NCBI GenBank assembly: GCA_965637545.1
Contig: OZ281495.1
Location: forward strand, 21,328,001 to 21,392,000
DNA length: 64,000 nt
Origin: Phallusia mammillata
Lineage: Eukaryota
Reading direction: 5' to 3'
Shown here: positions 62,301-64,000 of the stretch, in pieces
How the letters are laid out: every line of letters starts with the position of its first letter
How positions within the stretch are numbered: the first letter of the stretch is position 1
Made by a program: the position numbers and the translations under genes
Notes under the pieces: model-generated
Seen by the model: only the letters and a program-made list of their open reading frames with translations
What the model was told of the DNA's origin: nothing
Database searches by the model: none

Positions 62301-64000
62301 GTGCCAACTGTCACCTTCAACACAAAGAAATTGATTGAGGACGTGGAAAACTTAAAGGTTGGTTTATTGAAAACCATATTGAACATATTGAAAAAACATA
62401 TCCGAAGCCAATGAGCAGGCCGATTTATTTTATAGAAAGACAACGTTTTAGATCTTTCATATTGACAAAAACACCATACGATTTTAACACATCCAACAAT
62501 TGTTTTAATATTTTTTTCTATAATTGTGTCAAGTGTAAAACAATAGTGCTTGATGGATTCACAGAAAAAAATATGTAGTTTAAACATGACTATTTTTTTA
62601 TAAAAGAAAATTATTTTTTGCAAAACATGTTAGTTTATCGTTTATTAATCCCTGTTCAGGCTATGGAGGTGATAGCAAGCAAACGTTTATCACCGTCTCT
62701 TTCCACTTTGTACGGTCCCCACCTCACCTGTGAAGTAACATTGGGCCAAGCTCGTCTTCTGACTTCCATCGCATCTTCCATAACGAAAATACCTGAGAAA
62801 CCAACAGCACAAGATCTCCAGTTTGTGTCTCCTGATTTTCAAGCCGAAGTTCAACACAGGTAGATGTTTTGTTAAAATATTGGGTTTAAATGCTGAATAA
62901 TTTACATTAACAAATTTGTCTCATATTTGACAACCAAGTGTTCTGACCACATGTTAGTTGAATTACAAAAGCATTTTGAGCGCTGTATACTGGGAGTGAC
63001 TGGGAGGTTTGGTCATGAGTTAACAAGCAGATATTCCGAGTGACATTCAGTCAATAATTGCACCCCTGTTTGTTCTATTTTTGTATATTAGATTTATATA
63101 CAGTACTTTGGTTTGGTGTTTTATTTATAACATTATTCCAAGAAATCATACTCCCAGTCATAACATTAACGTATTAGTGCAGTGTAGCTCGACATTATAC
63201 AAAATCAGTTGAAGTCTAACTTATAGTTGTATTAGGATAAACCCTATTTGGTCGTTGTCACCTGGTTATGTATGTCGCCTAACAAGTGTTTTTATGCCCC
63301 GGTCGAAAAAAAACGTTGGTACTGACCACACGACTCATAACTTGCGCTTTTATTACAGAACTGTGCCGTTGACGCCAAAGTCGGGATCTTTTTCAAACAA
63401 GCTTCCACACTTGTCTGATGATGTGCGATCCAACATCAGTGCCTTCTCATCAGCCTCTGCATCAAAATACGTCAACAAACTCTTCACGAAACGTGAAAGG
63501 CCTGTGGGGCAACAGTTACTGAAAGGTGAATGTTTCATCTTGGTCTGTAACTTTTGGGTCTTTCAAAATTTCACCAGTATTCTCAGTTTTGTAGTTTTAG
63601 CATGCAAACAAAAATACAAAAAAGTATTAAGAAAAGCAACAACAGACTACATGAACAAAAGATGCAAAACAGCAGTGGATTGTGAAGCATAAAGTTTTCC
63701 AAAGAACCATTAAAGCAGAAAATAAGCCCGATTACACAGCAGTGTAAAGGGAACTACTAAAAGAATGGTTGCGAGGCACCTATAGGGATCAATGGATCTG
63801 ACAATTTCTATGACGTTTTCAATAAAGGTTAAACATAATTTTTCGTTTACAAATAAAACAACTGTTATTGATAAATGATAGGCATGCTGCTGTCGGTTGC
63901 TGAGCATTTGACTGCTGTGATGACGCACACATTCGAAACATCCAGTGATGCGTTGATGTCATCCGAACTCTACTTGCTCGTCAGTGGACACTATTTACTC
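47382..64000 (+). CDS. CFAP54: Cilia- and flagella-associated protein 54, 5' part (many short exons; continues past the window end, with an exon open from 63882 to 64000)
   Basis: ASYYGNIDANNPVVCAAEKEI, LFDTWNKYEPRLP...QCFGRY, YLLWASVTMETSVPLLGVKYLTWRVTLYSAV, WPRTVTEKLLSEMF, FKPAYF...VAWYRIFGRLSAGPNVKVRLND, GLEPNQRYVFAVAAY and QIARLRECERMLVAMEIA match the CFAP54 sequence as recalled. Not every exon boundary was resolved. Confidence 0.88.
52118..52180 (-). ncRNA. Degenerate minimal hammerhead-ribozyme-like motif (Penelope-type end) in a CFAP54 intron
   Basis: The minus strand reads CTGATGA-tgacatgagcatttgcc-GAAACGTT-tgaacAATAAA; stems I and II are imperfect. Confidence 0.4.
53155..53455. mobile_element. 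Cluster of three diverged Tc2/pogo-like transposon ends
   Basis: TACCGTATATACTCG (53155), TACCGTATTTTCCGG (53290) and TAACGTATTTATTCG (53373), each followed by an internal subterminal inverted repeat. Confidence 0.5.
58804..58980. mobile_element. hAT-type MITE, 177 bp, in a CFAP54 intron
   Basis: TIR CAGAGTTGTAA / TTATAACTCTG; degenerate 8-bp TSD ATACAGCA / ATATAGCC. Confidence 0.65.

Noticed and set aside
62989-63157. ACTGGGAG / CTCCCAGT inverted repeats
   Set aside because: Only about 10 bp with no TSD; too weak to call a MITE.
63914-63941. CTGTGATGA...GAAAC hammerhead look-alike
   Set aside because: It lies in an open CFAP54 exon (LTAVMTHTFETS) and has no stem II or III.

Overview
Compact, AT-rich, intron-rich eukaryotic genomic DNA. 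It is most likely from an ascidian tunicate, inferred from the GH9 cellulase, short introns and chordate-type genes; the species cannot be determined. Six protein-coding genes were rebuilt from splice sites and reading phase. (1) The 3' part of a GH9 endoglucanase (+, to 3044), with a Thr-rich stalk, two tandem copies of an unrecognised 6-Cys aromatic-rich domain and a GPI-type C-terminus. (2) NUFIP1 (-, 3520-6064). (3) A MITF/TFE-family bHLH-ZIP gene (+, 10187-25398) with apparently three alternative first coding exons. (4) TAF6L (-, 27039-28698). (5) IQSEC/BRAG ARF-GEF (+, 31318-44378). (6) The 5' part of CFAP54 (+, 47382 to the window end). Non-coding DNA holds at least seven non-autonomous DNA transposons with 8-bp target-site duplications (TSDs), a satellite-bearing foldback element and a locally duplicated intron segment that shows both empty and filled MITE sites. 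It also holds an 86-bp perfect palindrome built from a hammerhead-ribozyme motif of Penelope-retroelement type. No rRNA, tRNA, CRISPR array or autonomous transposase ORF was seen. All protein family assignments rest on recalled homologue sequences, not on database searches.
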